Shown: one piece after another, positions 51,390-62,630 of the stretch
Numbering within the stretch: position 1 is the first letter of the stretch
How the letters are laid out: every line of letters starts with the position of its first letter
NCBI RefSeq assembly: GCF_016433145.1
Contig: NC_058130.1
Location: forward strand, 493,838,617-493,902,616
Length of the DNA: 64,000 bases
Direction of reading: 5' to 3'
Origin: Gracilinanus agilis
Taxonomy: Eukaryota
Translations under genes and position numbers: made by a program
The notes under the pieces: generated by a model
What the model saw: the letters and a program-made list of their open reading frames with translations, nothing else
Told to the model about the DNA's origin: nothing
Database searches by the model: none

Positions 51390-51946
51390 AAAAGATGGCT
51401 CTCTTTATAGCCATAGACATTGGTCACTATTTAAACGAGACATTCTAAAAAAGTAATCACAGAATAGTTTATAGTAATTTACAAGTGAATGGTACACATT
51501 TAGATACAGAGGTAGAAGTTCACTTTTACAATGTTTCACTAATACACAGATACCAAATTCAAGGCACAAAATAGTTTGCTTTACAAAAAAATACTGTAAA
51601 AATGTCATCTGCTGTTCTACTATTTGAATAAAACTTCTGAAGAATCTTTACACCCTTTCACACTCCATGGAGTAAGGTTTTTTTTTTCCCTTACTAATCG
51701 AAGTTGGCACAAAAGTGGGAATTTTATATAAACTGTTGCTTTGATGAGCTGCTACATACTTTAGGCATGAATCCAGGTAAAGAAATATAAATACAGCAAC
51801 TTCCTGGGGGAAGGACACTTTATGCAGCAAAATTCAATGGTAGAAAAATGCAAAGTTTTCTTAAAGAGCTAGGTCTCCAGAGTGATGGATAGATAGATAC
51901 CTAATAAAGTGTTTCAAATATAAAATTGGGAATTAGGCTTGGAAAA

Positions 51947-51952
51947 TTTATT
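51947..51952 (-). terminator. Candidate proximal polyadenylation signal AATAAA for RDH10
   Basis: tttatt on the plus strand, ~650 nt past the stop. It is the only canonical AATAAA on the mRNA strand I found between 50400 and 52600. Confidence 0.5.
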
Positions 51953-52604
51953 GACACTTTTAAAAGAAGAGACCTGTTCACCTTTCTACCATAATACTTA
52001 AGAACATTATTTTAGCTTTGACTAGGTGGAGATTTAAAAATTGTTTTTTCAAATAGCTGAAGATACATGCATACATGAAAACGGCCCAGCCATTACCTTT
52101 GCAAATTGGAGCTAATGACTACAAGTAAGGAGAATAGTACTGCCATCATTCTTTTAAATTGCAAAAAGTTGGCTGGAAGGAGTTCTCAATTGCATGAATT
52201 TATAAATCCTGGAGAAATTTTGAAGAAAAAAATAAAAACCACACCCGAAATACACCAAAGTTACTATCTCTAGACTTTTTCTTCATTTTCAACAACAATG
52301 ATAGTCTGAAGATAGCACACAATGCATTTCTATTAAAAAAAAAAATTTGACTGTTTTAATGTCCTAGCTAAAGGACACTGTTGGCAGCTACTTAAGTTCA
52401 CTTTTGCCTATCACATTTTCCAAGTACTCTAGTCAATTAATTTACAGTCTATTAAAAAAACAACAACAACCAAAAACCATGTTTGAATTGTAAAAGTTCG
52501 CACAGGCTTAGGATCCAGAAAATGTCATGGCAGATGCTGACGTGCATCACCTTAAAACATTTTGATCTTCTTCAGCTCCAAGTGACAATATGGACAAAAG
52601 ATTC

Positions 52605-52728
52605 TTAAATTCCATTTTTAGCTTCATTATTGTTTGTAGCTTGTTTTCTTTGCGCAATGAAGGGGTACATACACTTGTCTGCCCCTAGGAACCGATACAT
52701 GCAGACGACTGCTTCAAAAGGTAGAATA
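52605..52728 (-). CDS. RDH10: RDH10 terminal coding exon 6 (124 nt CDS): (S)[40 protein letters not shown]
   Basis: Acceptor cttccttttcag|T. TAA stop at 52607-52605. Recognisable RDH10 C-terminus. Intron 5 is only 155 nt (52729-52883). Confidence 0.97.
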
Positions 52729-52883
52729 CTGAAAAGGAAGGTAAGAGTTCTTAGTGAAAGAGAAGATTCAAATCATTTTAAAAACAGGACCTAAACTTCA
52801 GAAAATATCTGAAGTGGAACACATCTAAGCTGACAAGGCAGGCATTCAAAGACAGAGTCAGGCAAGCAGTCAAGAAAAGTTAC

Positions 52884-53015
52884 CTCTTCATGAAAGTGAC
52901 AATGTACATAAGGCGAGGGGTGCAGATCATGGGCTGGTCTGTGAGGATGGCCTTCATGGCCTGTTTCACACAATAATCTGGTTTTAAAGGTGGCAGAAAA
53001 GGCTCAATTTCTTTC
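52884..53015 (-). CDS. RDH10: RDH10 coding exon 5 (132 nt, phase 2-2): (R)[43 protein letters not shown](S)
   Basis: Acceptor ccatttctag|G and donor AG|gtaact. Frame is continuous with the flanking exons. Confidence 0.97.
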
Positions 53016-54317
53016 CTAGAAATGGTATATTTAAAAAACTAAAGTGAGAACAAAAGCCAAGTAAGTGCATCTGCTTTCTACTACACAGTCAAATTTTGTA
53101 AAAACTGTAAAGCTAAAAAACATTCCTTCTAATTATTTTTGTAGCCCAGCCAGAGAAGGCTAAAGGTAAGGCTGTTCTTTGGTGAAGTATGAACACCAAA
53201 TCTACAGCTGATGTTTGTCATCAGACTTGAACAAACTGCGAATATTTGTTGGAGCAACGGCATAGCTTGAGATATTGCGAGGTGAGCCTTTCTTTAAATG
53301 ACTAAAGCACAAATGCTAAACTATTTTCTTAAGTCGTTGGAGCTCATTTATTCTGTTGATGTCATTTAGTCCATTCCTCCCATTTGACAGATGAAAGGAG
53401 AGAAGTCCAGAGTGAGGGGACGTGACTGGCCAGAGCTGGAAGTCGAGCTCAGCCTCCCCGGCTCTCTTCCAGTGCTCAGGTGCTACTTTTTTGAACAGTT
53501 ATAACAGTTATGCACTGAGCCATTTTCTACCTGTGCTCATCCCCCAATAAAGGCACCTCCACTAATACCCACGCTCTCTGTGGCTGATGAAGGGAAGTGG
53601 AGACTGGGCTGGCATGTGCCTCGGATGTTTGGGTCCTTGCCACATACAAATGTGTGTCACCTTTGCAGAAACCAGTACTCTGAACTCACTATTTCTTCTG
53701 ACTGAAAGCCGACTACACTCCCACACTCTCAGACTTGTCACTGTGTTCAGTGCTGAAGAGAGCGACTCAAGACCCAGAGCATCAGCCGAGCACTTACAGT
53801 GAAACAAAAACACAACTTTAAAAAGTGAAAAAGAAAATAAGATTGATTCAGGAGTTGGGATGTGTGTATTCTTGCCTTGGTTCTGACTCATTTTTAGGAA
53901 CAGGAAAGAGCATTTAACTGTGCCCCTCGGGCAAAGGTGGCAACAGTCTTGCAGCCCCTGCTTTGAGGGAAGGTCGAAGTAACAAAGCAACATTGGTAAG
54001 AACAAACTCTGATTATGGAGTACAAGTTCAATTGGTTTTCTTGGATTGAAGTCATTTAAGCAAACTTCTCAAAGCCTCCGATTTATCTTGTTATGGATAG
54101 GTTGTGGAGCTCAGTTCTTTGTTCGGGTTAGAGATGGCCACAGTGATCCCTCTTTCCATAGGTGCTGGCATCCCCGAGACACAGAGCTGCTCCGTAGGGA
54201 AGAGCATCTTGCCTTTCTCTAAAAAGCAGGCAGCTTACATCAGAGGCTAGAAAGAAGAGCGTTTTTTGTCCCGCTGTCATCACACTCATTTTCTATGCAA
54301 TCAAAACTTAACATGAA

Positions 54318-54490
54318 GGGGCAGCTAGGCAATCCAGTGGATAGAGTGCCAGGTCCAGAGATAAGAGGACCTGGGTGCAAATCTAGCTGTAGATACTTCC
54401 TCGCTGTGTGACTCTGGGCAGGTCACTTAACCCTTGTCTTCCTATCTTAGAAGAGTGTTATTGAGACAGAAGGTAAGGATTAAAAACAAC
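54318..54490 (+). mobile_element. Mar1-type CORE SINE in RDH10 intron 4
   Basis: ggggcagctagg...gtgtgactctgggcaggtcacttaacc...gacagaaggtaagg. Confidence 0.75.
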
Positions 54491-55139
54491 AACAAAACAC
54501 TTCAACATGAAGATTGCTGCCCACTGTTGCCCTTACATGTACTAATATAGAAACTAAATTATTTCTCAAGAAATAACCTCTAAGAATCTTCCAGGTGTTT
54601 GTCTTAGGTAGAAATGCTGAAGCATTTTGATAAATTCTGTCCTCACATTGTAGGTATGCTTTCTATTCTTTGGAAGCTAAGGGAATCTGTAACAGAGAGC
54701 AAGCCTTCTCTCTAGCCAATGACATTTTGAATAAAAGACAGGGGAGGCCTTTAAAAAAACAACCTCAGGGATGGAGTTATGTGGGTACTTTAATAGAACA
54801 AATAAACAAGTAGATAAATAAATTTAAGTGAAAAAAATAGTGCCTAAGGTTAATCTATAATACTTTTGTTAACTCTTCAGGATATAGAGTGCTTTTCTAA
54901 CAATTTTTCTATTTAATAATTTCATATTAACTTCTATGAGCAATTAACAATTGATGCTTTAGTCCTGTACTTTAATTTTAATAAGTATTAATGAGTTTCT
55001 AGGTGTAAAATAGCAGTTACTATCTAACAATTACGGTCACAAGGTCTGAAGAACCAATGCAAAGTTCAAAAATGGCTTTACTCTCACCCTCACCTCCTGC
55101 CCCCTTTTATAGAAAAGGAGAAAGGTCGGCTTTTCTTAC

Positions 55140-55285
55140 CTGATTCTGCAGCCCCTGAACATGCCAGTATCTACAAGGTAAGGACAAACTAATGTTGTTT
55201 TAATTCCATCCTTTTCAGCAGCCTTTAGCTCATGGCTCAGGGACTCATGAAAACCCACAACTCCAAATTTGCTGGCACAGTAATC
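55140..55285 (-). CDS. RDH10: RDH10 coding exon 4 (146 nt): [48 protein letters not shown](R)
   Basis: Acceptor ctctaacacag|GAT and donor AG|gtaaga. Contains the SDR YxxxK catalytic motif (YCASK). In frame with exons 3 and 5. Confidence 0.98.
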
Positions 55286-55486
55286 CTGTGTTAGAGGCAA
55301 GAAAAGAAATATCAAAGCAGAGCAGATTCACTGCTTCTATTATCGTTAGTTAGATGTCTGATATGTTACAGGTGAATGAGCAAAGAAAAGGAAACTATTT
55401 TCAAGGCAGATATTTGATTTGGGTCAGTGCAGAAAAAATATTTTCAGTGACAGCAGAAATAGATGAACACTTTTTTCTCTCTCTCT

Positions 55487-55524
<38 letters not shown>

Positions 55525-57081
55525 ACAGCAACTAAGTATCACATTACTTTGGGGAAGTTACCACAAAGATTCTATGAAAGCTAACAAGCTAAAGTTAAAG
55601 ATGGAGGGAGCTTCCCTTTGAAGTGTCTGGAAAGTTTACAAATGGTCTCTTGTTCAGTAAATGAGACTGAAAAACCAGTTTGTTTAAATTAAGGCTAGAA
55701 CAAAGAGGACTAGTCTAGCTCAGAGTATAGCTTGTTTGAGTCTGATGTTTTTAAAGCTAAAGTTCAAATAAAAAAAATATTAAGTAGCTTGGCTTCAAAT
55801 TAACACTAATTTAGGAAACTCACATTGTCTTTCCACATTAACTGTACCTGAAGCCTGGAAGAACAGGGGCTTTTACGTCCCTGACCATAGTAGAAAAGAT
55901 TTATTTCTTCATAAAACTGGATTTAGAGCTGTCTTATTCAGCCTGGGCTCTTACATGTTCTTCTGCATTTATGTTTTCTTCTTAATCTTACAGAATTCTA
56001 CAGGGAAAGCACAATGGTTCTTTCACACACTTAATAACAAATAACATTGTACCATGCTCACCTGTAAAATTAGTACGTGATGTATAACCTTAATATTATA
56101 TATATTATATATATATGTAAATGATGTATACCCTTATTATATATGAATACACACAAGATGGATAACCTACATCAAGTTGCTTGCTTTCTCAATGAGGGAG
56201 GAAGAGAGGGAGAGGAGAGAATCGAGAACTCAGAATTAAAAAAAAAAAAACAAATGCCAAAAACATGTAATTGGAAAATAAAGTATTTAAAAAATAAAAT
56301 TAGCATGTTAATTAGGAAGGTCATTTTAAAGGAAAAGGTAAGTCTTTGTCTGGAGGTTTGTGAGCTGCCTCTCCCATCTGATGCGGCTTGACTTAGCAGC
56401 TACTTCTTTGCCCCGCTGTAGCTTCTGTCGGGACTCAGTCATGGGCCATCTCTGATGGGAGTTTTCCTGGGTTCCTTGATGGTTGCTGCTTGCCTTCACC
56501 TCCTTAAATCATCCTGTATATATTCATCTTTGTACATGTCGTACCCCCTCCTCTCCACCCCAGCAGAGTGTAAGCTCCCTGGCAGGGAAAGGCTGCTCCC
56601 GTTTTGTTCTTTGGTATCACCAACATACAGTATGATGACTGGCCCATTATAACCGCTTTACAGGTGCTGTTTGAATGGGACAGCAGGTGTCCTGCCCGGG
56701 GGGGGGGGGGGGGGGAGGCAAACTCTGGCCAAGGTTGTCTGGTTGCCACTAGTATCAGCAGCTACAAATCAGGGCTACTGACCTTCTGAAACCCAGGAAC
56801 AATCTGCTTCAGTACTGTACAGACAATATTCCAACAAATAAGAGGTTTGAGTACCTGCTAACTGCTGCCAGTGGTGATAAAAGTCTAGATTTGGAAGGGA
56901 AATGGTACACTCTTAACTAGTGACGTTAGAAGCCCTGAGACTCGGCCCCTGTGTGGCTAGTCCTTGCTGGCCTAGAATGTGTATATGTAAATAGCAGTTA
57001 GCCCTAAAGCTACAAGTGGGCTGGCTTGGCACTTCATAGATGCAGATTTAACAGAAGAAAATGATGCATGGTTTTACAAAC

Positions 57082-57180
57082 CTCAACTCCAGCAGTACTG
57101 AACAATCCTAGGGAACTTGCAACTGTCACAATGTGACCATGATTTATCTCCAGCATTGTAGGAAGAAAAGCTTTAGTGGT
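57082..57180 (-). CDS. RDH10: RDH10 coding exon 3 (99 nt, phase 0-0): [33 protein letters not shown]
   Basis: Manual translation of the reverse complement. Acceptor tctttttcag|ACC and donor GAG|gtttgt. The peptide matches the RDH10 sequence as I recall it and contains the SDR catalytic Ser region (VASS). Confidence 0.97.
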
Positions 57181-57944
57181 CTGAAAAAGAAAGCCGAATG
57201 TCAATGATTATTCCTAATGTTATTTGAAAACTGTTTAGAGCAAAAACTCTAAGATAACAGAAATTCAATTTGAGCTTCAAAATATTTTATTTTTCCAATT
57301 CTGAAAAACAAAAATGTCTGCATTTATCAGATAGACAGTGGGTACTATAAGTGTGTCCATTGTATTGGCAAAGGCTTGGAATTAATTGAAGCTAATTGAA
57401 TCTTAAGGCATGATCACCTATCATGATGCATGGTTAGAGGAAAGGTAAGAACAGCTAGAAGCAGCTCTTTTAGGCAACCATCTAGATCGGCCAAACTGTG
57501 GCCTGGTAAGGCATACAGGATCAACCGATCAGAAGGTAGGAAGATGACTGAATCTCACTTTCTTCGAGATAATCAATAACAGATTTATTGTCAATACAAC
57601 CATATCTACCCTGATATTCCAATATTCTTCCCTATTACCTTTACTGTTCAGTTCCCAACTCCTCACTTTTGTACCAGGACTCAGTCCCTCTATAACCTAA
57701 CTCCCGAAGTGCATAGAAGTTATAAACTCACCATTGGCCAGGTGCCCATTTGGAAAATCCTTCTTCCCCTCCCCTCCACAATACTCAAACCTGACTGATC
57801 CTCAAATTACATGGTTTCCAAAACCTGATTACCACTGGGATAAGCTTTATCTTGTCTATGTCATTCCTAAAATGTTGCTCCCAGATTTCTAGGTATGGTC
57901 TGATCAGAAAAATAATTAGCTCTCTCCTTTTGAAAGCTCACTTT

Positions 57945-58145
57945 TTTTTTTAAATGTTTTACCTTACACCTTAGAATCAGTGCTGTGTAGTGATTCCAAG
58001 GCAGAAGAGTGGTAAGGACTAGGCAATGGGGGTTAAGTGACTTGTCCAGGGTCACACAGCTGGGAAGCGTCTAAGGCCAGATTTGAACTCAGGAGCTCCT
58101 GTCTCTAGACTCAGCTCTTAATCTCCTGAGCTACCCAGCTACCTC
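57945..58145 (-). mobile_element. SINE1_Mdo-type SINE in RDH10 intron 2
   Basis: Reverse complement family match. Confidence 0.85.
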
Positions 58146-58329
58146 CTGAAAATTGACTCTTTATGTAGTGTAGCTACATCTTTCCAGTCACTTATAGTCA
58201 TTCCATTACATTTGCCATTTTAATTGTGTATTTCTTTCAATACCAGAAAATACAGTCCATTTAGTTCTGATGATTTAATTCATTGAACCAATTACTATGT
58301 AGTATACCCCATCTTTAGTTTTAAATCCC

Positions 58330-59140
58330 TGTTAAATTTTTGTCCTCTCTAAATTCTATAATTTCCATTCCAAAGAATAATTCTTCTTGGCACATAAAAC
58401 ATTAAGCAAAATAAGAGTTGAGTAGTTTGGCTGTCTCACTGTCAAATACTCTAAGCAGTAGCACTCCTATCCTTTCTTTGATATTTTCTTTTCCTTCAAC
58501 ACCTTTTTTTAAAAAATCCAATGAAAACCTTTTTTTTTTCTTTGTCCTTAGTATTCTTAATCAATCTTAGCTATTCTGGGTGTTGGTGCTTCTAAAAAAG
58601 ATATGTATGGGAATGTGCCAGTATTTTGCATTCATCCTTAATCATCTACTCCATCTTTCATCTTTTGTCTTTTAAAAATCTGGAAATGGTCAGTGGGTTC
58701 TTTTTATGTAGCTCCTCTTTGGACTAACTTCTCTTTATCTTCAAGGCTTTACTCTTGAGAGCTTGCTATCTCGCTTGGGCCAACTCCCCATTGTATTAGG
58801 CCATTGGATCCCACTTATCCTCACTATAAACTCTTTGAAATCTACTCTGTCCAAATCTAAGGTGCTATCTATCCTCTTCTTGATCACAAGCTGTATGAAC
58901 CCAAAGATTATCATCCTTTCTACTTTAGAAATTAATGTAATCCTTTTGGAAGGATTAAATTACCATAAAGGCAAACCACAAGTTTTTCAACTATTCTGCT
59001 TTTGGCAGAAAGAGAACCCCAGTAGATGGCCAGTGTCAAAATCTCTCCATCACCACAAAATCATGTATCCATGCTGGATTTCCCCAAATGTCTCATATAA
59101 TGACTTTTTCAGTTCTATAGTATACTTCAGCCTATAGTAT
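58330..59140 (-). mobile_element. L3/CR1 ORF2 endonuclease-region fragment in RDH10 intron 2
   Basis: The reverse strand resembles the decayed GDFN...ICW segment of CR1 ORF2. Confidence 0.5.
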
Positions 59141-62100
59141 ACACTGGTGACAAATCACTTCTCTTTCTCCTATTGTGATAACTTAATCATTCAATATGTA
59201 CTTTTTAAGCATCTCTAATGTTCCGGGTACCATCTTGGAGTTAAATTTTTATTTATATTTTATATGTTTCTTTAATACACTGTCTTGAGCATCAAACAAA
59301 TGTTTTCCATCACATCTACTTCTTAGGCATGATTCTCCAGTTTGCTCACAAATGGACCTTATTGCTACAAACACCAGCTCATTTAACTATTCTATTCTTT
59401 TTACAAAATGCTTATCTATCCAGAGCCATATTCCAAGCATGTCCTTCTTTCAATGATACCTAGAAAATCAAACCTGTTTCCTCACATTAGGATCTCTAGT
59501 TTAACCTATTTATTACCTACACTTTCTGTTTTTGTGTATTGACGCCTGAGTTTATGTGCACGTCTACCCAGTTCAAATATATCTGAGATCAAGGATGGTC
59601 TCATTTTTGACTTTTTATCTGTAGTAAATAGCAGAGTACCTAGCACACTGAAGCAAAATAAATGCTTTAAAAATCTAATCCAACCCCTTCATTAAAAAAA
59701 ATGAGGCCCAGAGACAAGATGCAATTTGCCCAAGGTCACACATGAAATTTGAACCTTCCAGTTGGGATTTGAACCCAAGTCCTTTGCTTCCAAATCCAGC
59801 ACTTGTTTTACCATATCCTTGCTGGAATCACATCAAAAGCAGTGCCATTTCCCCCTATTAATTCTGATGAAATTTGTCTCCACATCCCCTAGTAAATCCT
59901 TCATAAATTGCTGGATTAATTTTACTGGAAAACCATTTCCATCATGTCATCACCTTACTCAATAACCTTCTCTTTACTGAATACTCTACAGTCTATATTA
60001 TGCTTGGCATTCATTTTCCTGGATAATCCGACCCCAGACTACCTATAAAAATTATGTTAGTAACTGACACATGTAATGCCTTCAAATTTGCAAAGGCCTT
60101 CATGTACTATTATCAGCACTAGCCCCATTTTCTGGATAAACAAATGGAGGCTCAGATAGTTTAGGTGACTTACCCTTGGTTACACAACTAGTAACTGTCA
60201 GAAGTCAAAGTTTAGCTTGTCTTGCTGACCCCAAGCCTAGTACTCTGCCTACTCTATCCCACTGCCTATAATGATAAAAAACCAAAAACCTAACAACTTC
60301 CAGTACTAATCAACTCACAACTTTTGCTTCTGTTTCCTTATCTGTCTCATCAGTTTGTTGTTCATTTGACTCATGCAGTTGCCTCTGCCTGGGATGCCCT
60401 CCTTTTTAATCATCTCCTTCAAAGACCTAGCTTAGTCATAATCCATTATATACTAAGAAAGGTTGCATGGTGTGGAAAGACTATAGGACTTGGAGTCAGA
60501 AAACTCGTGTTTTGGGTCTTGAGTGCTGGCTGCCCAGCAGGAGCCCATTTCCAGAACATCATTATGGTTCTCAGAGAAGATGGCCACTGCCAGGAGGAAA
60601 TCCTGTTACACTCTTATGAACTGCTGAGGCAATACAGGTCCAAGGTGAATGTGAATCTGAAATACTTTTCACAGTTTTACAAAGTGATCTTTGCCTCCCA
60701 GGAGGGTACACTGAGCACGGGAGGTTATATAGGTTTCTGTATTTGTTAATGCAGCCCTGTGAGTCTTTAAAAGTTAAGCATTTTCTAGGGTAGAAGAGAT
60801 AAACTTCCGTCCTCTAATATGTTTTAAAACTGAGTATGTTTTCAAAAGGAGATCCTGTTCCCCACATTTTGGGGATACCCTAGATATGAGCCATACTGAA
60901 GCTTTGTTTCAGAGACTTCCCCAGTTACTTTAAGGTGGGAGAATACTTATGCAGAGAAGAGAAACCTGACACCCCTCCCTTCCCCCACAGATGAATCTAG
61001 GATCTGTGGGAGCCCAAGCTGGAGCCCCGTGGGGGAGAGGGCTTATCAGATTATTAGCATGTGATCACAGGCAAGTCACATCTCTCAGTGTTCTATAAAA
61101 TCTATATATGATCTATAAAATAAGAATGTCACCTGTCTTACCTACTTCACAGGGTTGCTATCAGCATCAAAATGAAATAACTGTGTGAAAATGCTTTACA
61201 AATTGTAAAGAACTAAACAAATTTGTGGTATTAGTACTATATTTGCATAGTGTTTTAACTTTTCAAAGAAATTTCACAGATATTCTCTCACTTAATCCCA
61301 ACAATAATAATCCCTTGTTGTAAACTCTTATCCCAACCTTGTCTACAGTCTTCTCAGAATATCAGTCCACAATAATTGATTCTCCTCTTTCCAAATTCCT
61401 ATATGATGCTCTGCTATATGATTTAGCACTTTATTATACATAGACTACCTTGTAGTGTTGTTTGTTCTGGCATTAATTGCCTCCGCAATCATATTTTCAC
61501 TTAAGGGCATGGACTGTGCCACATATTTTCCCAGTATTTCTAGTACAACTAGAAGTGTTAAGCTCATAGTGGGCACAAGTTAGAGACACATAATTTGCAG
61601 AAATTTTGACTTTTTTGGGGGTAAGGGCAAGTAGGAGTATCTGGGATAAGTAGTTCATATCGTTATTTTAATTTTGTTCTGCTGAAATGGTTTATGAACC
61701 CTAAGTTTTGACACTAAAATTTTAGGACATTTTAGGACCTATCTTCTAGCTTTAGTACTAAACTCCAGAATGAATGCTCAATTGTATAAATACAAATAAA
61801 GTTGCATTGTTACAAAGTGCATACATTCTCAAAATTGACTGGGAAAAGTATTAGTGTGATTCCAGGTCTTCAGATGGGAATCATGCTTTGATTAATTGTT
61901 TATATTCTTTAAAAGTATTGAGAAAGAACTAGTAGGTCAAGAATCACTAAAAACAAATCCTCTATCAGTTCTTATTCTCTTTATAAGACTAGATTGAAAG
62001 GAAGAACATTCACTAAGATGTTGGTAGTAATTTAAAGAAAAAATTATCCACACATTTTTGCTAAACAGCTCAACATTAACTCCCGAGAAATTCACACGAT

Positions 62101-62421
62101 ATAAAATCCTAACATTTACTACTCAGTTAATTGACATTCTGAATCATGTCTGCTGCAAACAAGAAATCAAACTGCCATTTAATATCCCAATTCTAGGTGT
62201 CCAATCTTTTTTATTCAGAAAAATGCAAAGTGGGTTTTGCTCTAACAAGCTTCACATACTCCTAGAAGATATTTTTGCCTACAGGTATTAAATGACCTTC
62301 TATATCCGTAGGTCCCGTAAGATAATTTCATCCCCTGTACATCTGATGGAGAAGATTAACTAAATTGTATTTTTGCTTCATTGGCTATCAGATTCTGATA
62401 GTGATAAAGGTAATTTCTTCC

Positions 62422-62630
62422 AGGGGGCAGCTAGGTGGGCTCAGTGGTTTGAGAGCCAGACCTAAAGGCAGGAAGTCTTGGGTTCAAATCCAGCCTCAGA
62501 AACTTCCTTGCTATGTGACCCTGGGCAAATCACTTAACCCCCATTGCCCAGTCCTTTCTGCTCTTCTGCCTTGGAACCAATATACTGTATTGGTTCTAAG
62601 GTGGAGGGGTAAGGGTTTAAAAAAAAAAAA
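62422..62630 (+). mobile_element. SINE1_Mdo-type SINE in RDH10 intron 2
   Basis: Family match. Imperfect TSD aaggtaatttcttcc / aaagtaacttcttcc. Confidence 0.88.

Larger units (their letters stand above)
51330..52604 (-). other. RDH10: RDH10 3' UTR (distal end uncertain, may extend to ~50500)
   Basis: AU-rich sequence with no recognisable repeats directly after the stop codon. Candidate poly(A) signals at 51947-51952, 51384-51389 and 51352-51357. Confidence 0.7.

Noticed and set aside
53562-54005. 147-aa minus-strand ORF in RDH10 intron 4
   Set aside because: No homology recognised and no splice relationship to the RDH10 frame.
60324-60749. 141-aa plus-strand ORF in intron 2
   Set aside because: It runs through L2/MIR-like sequence and has no protein family features.
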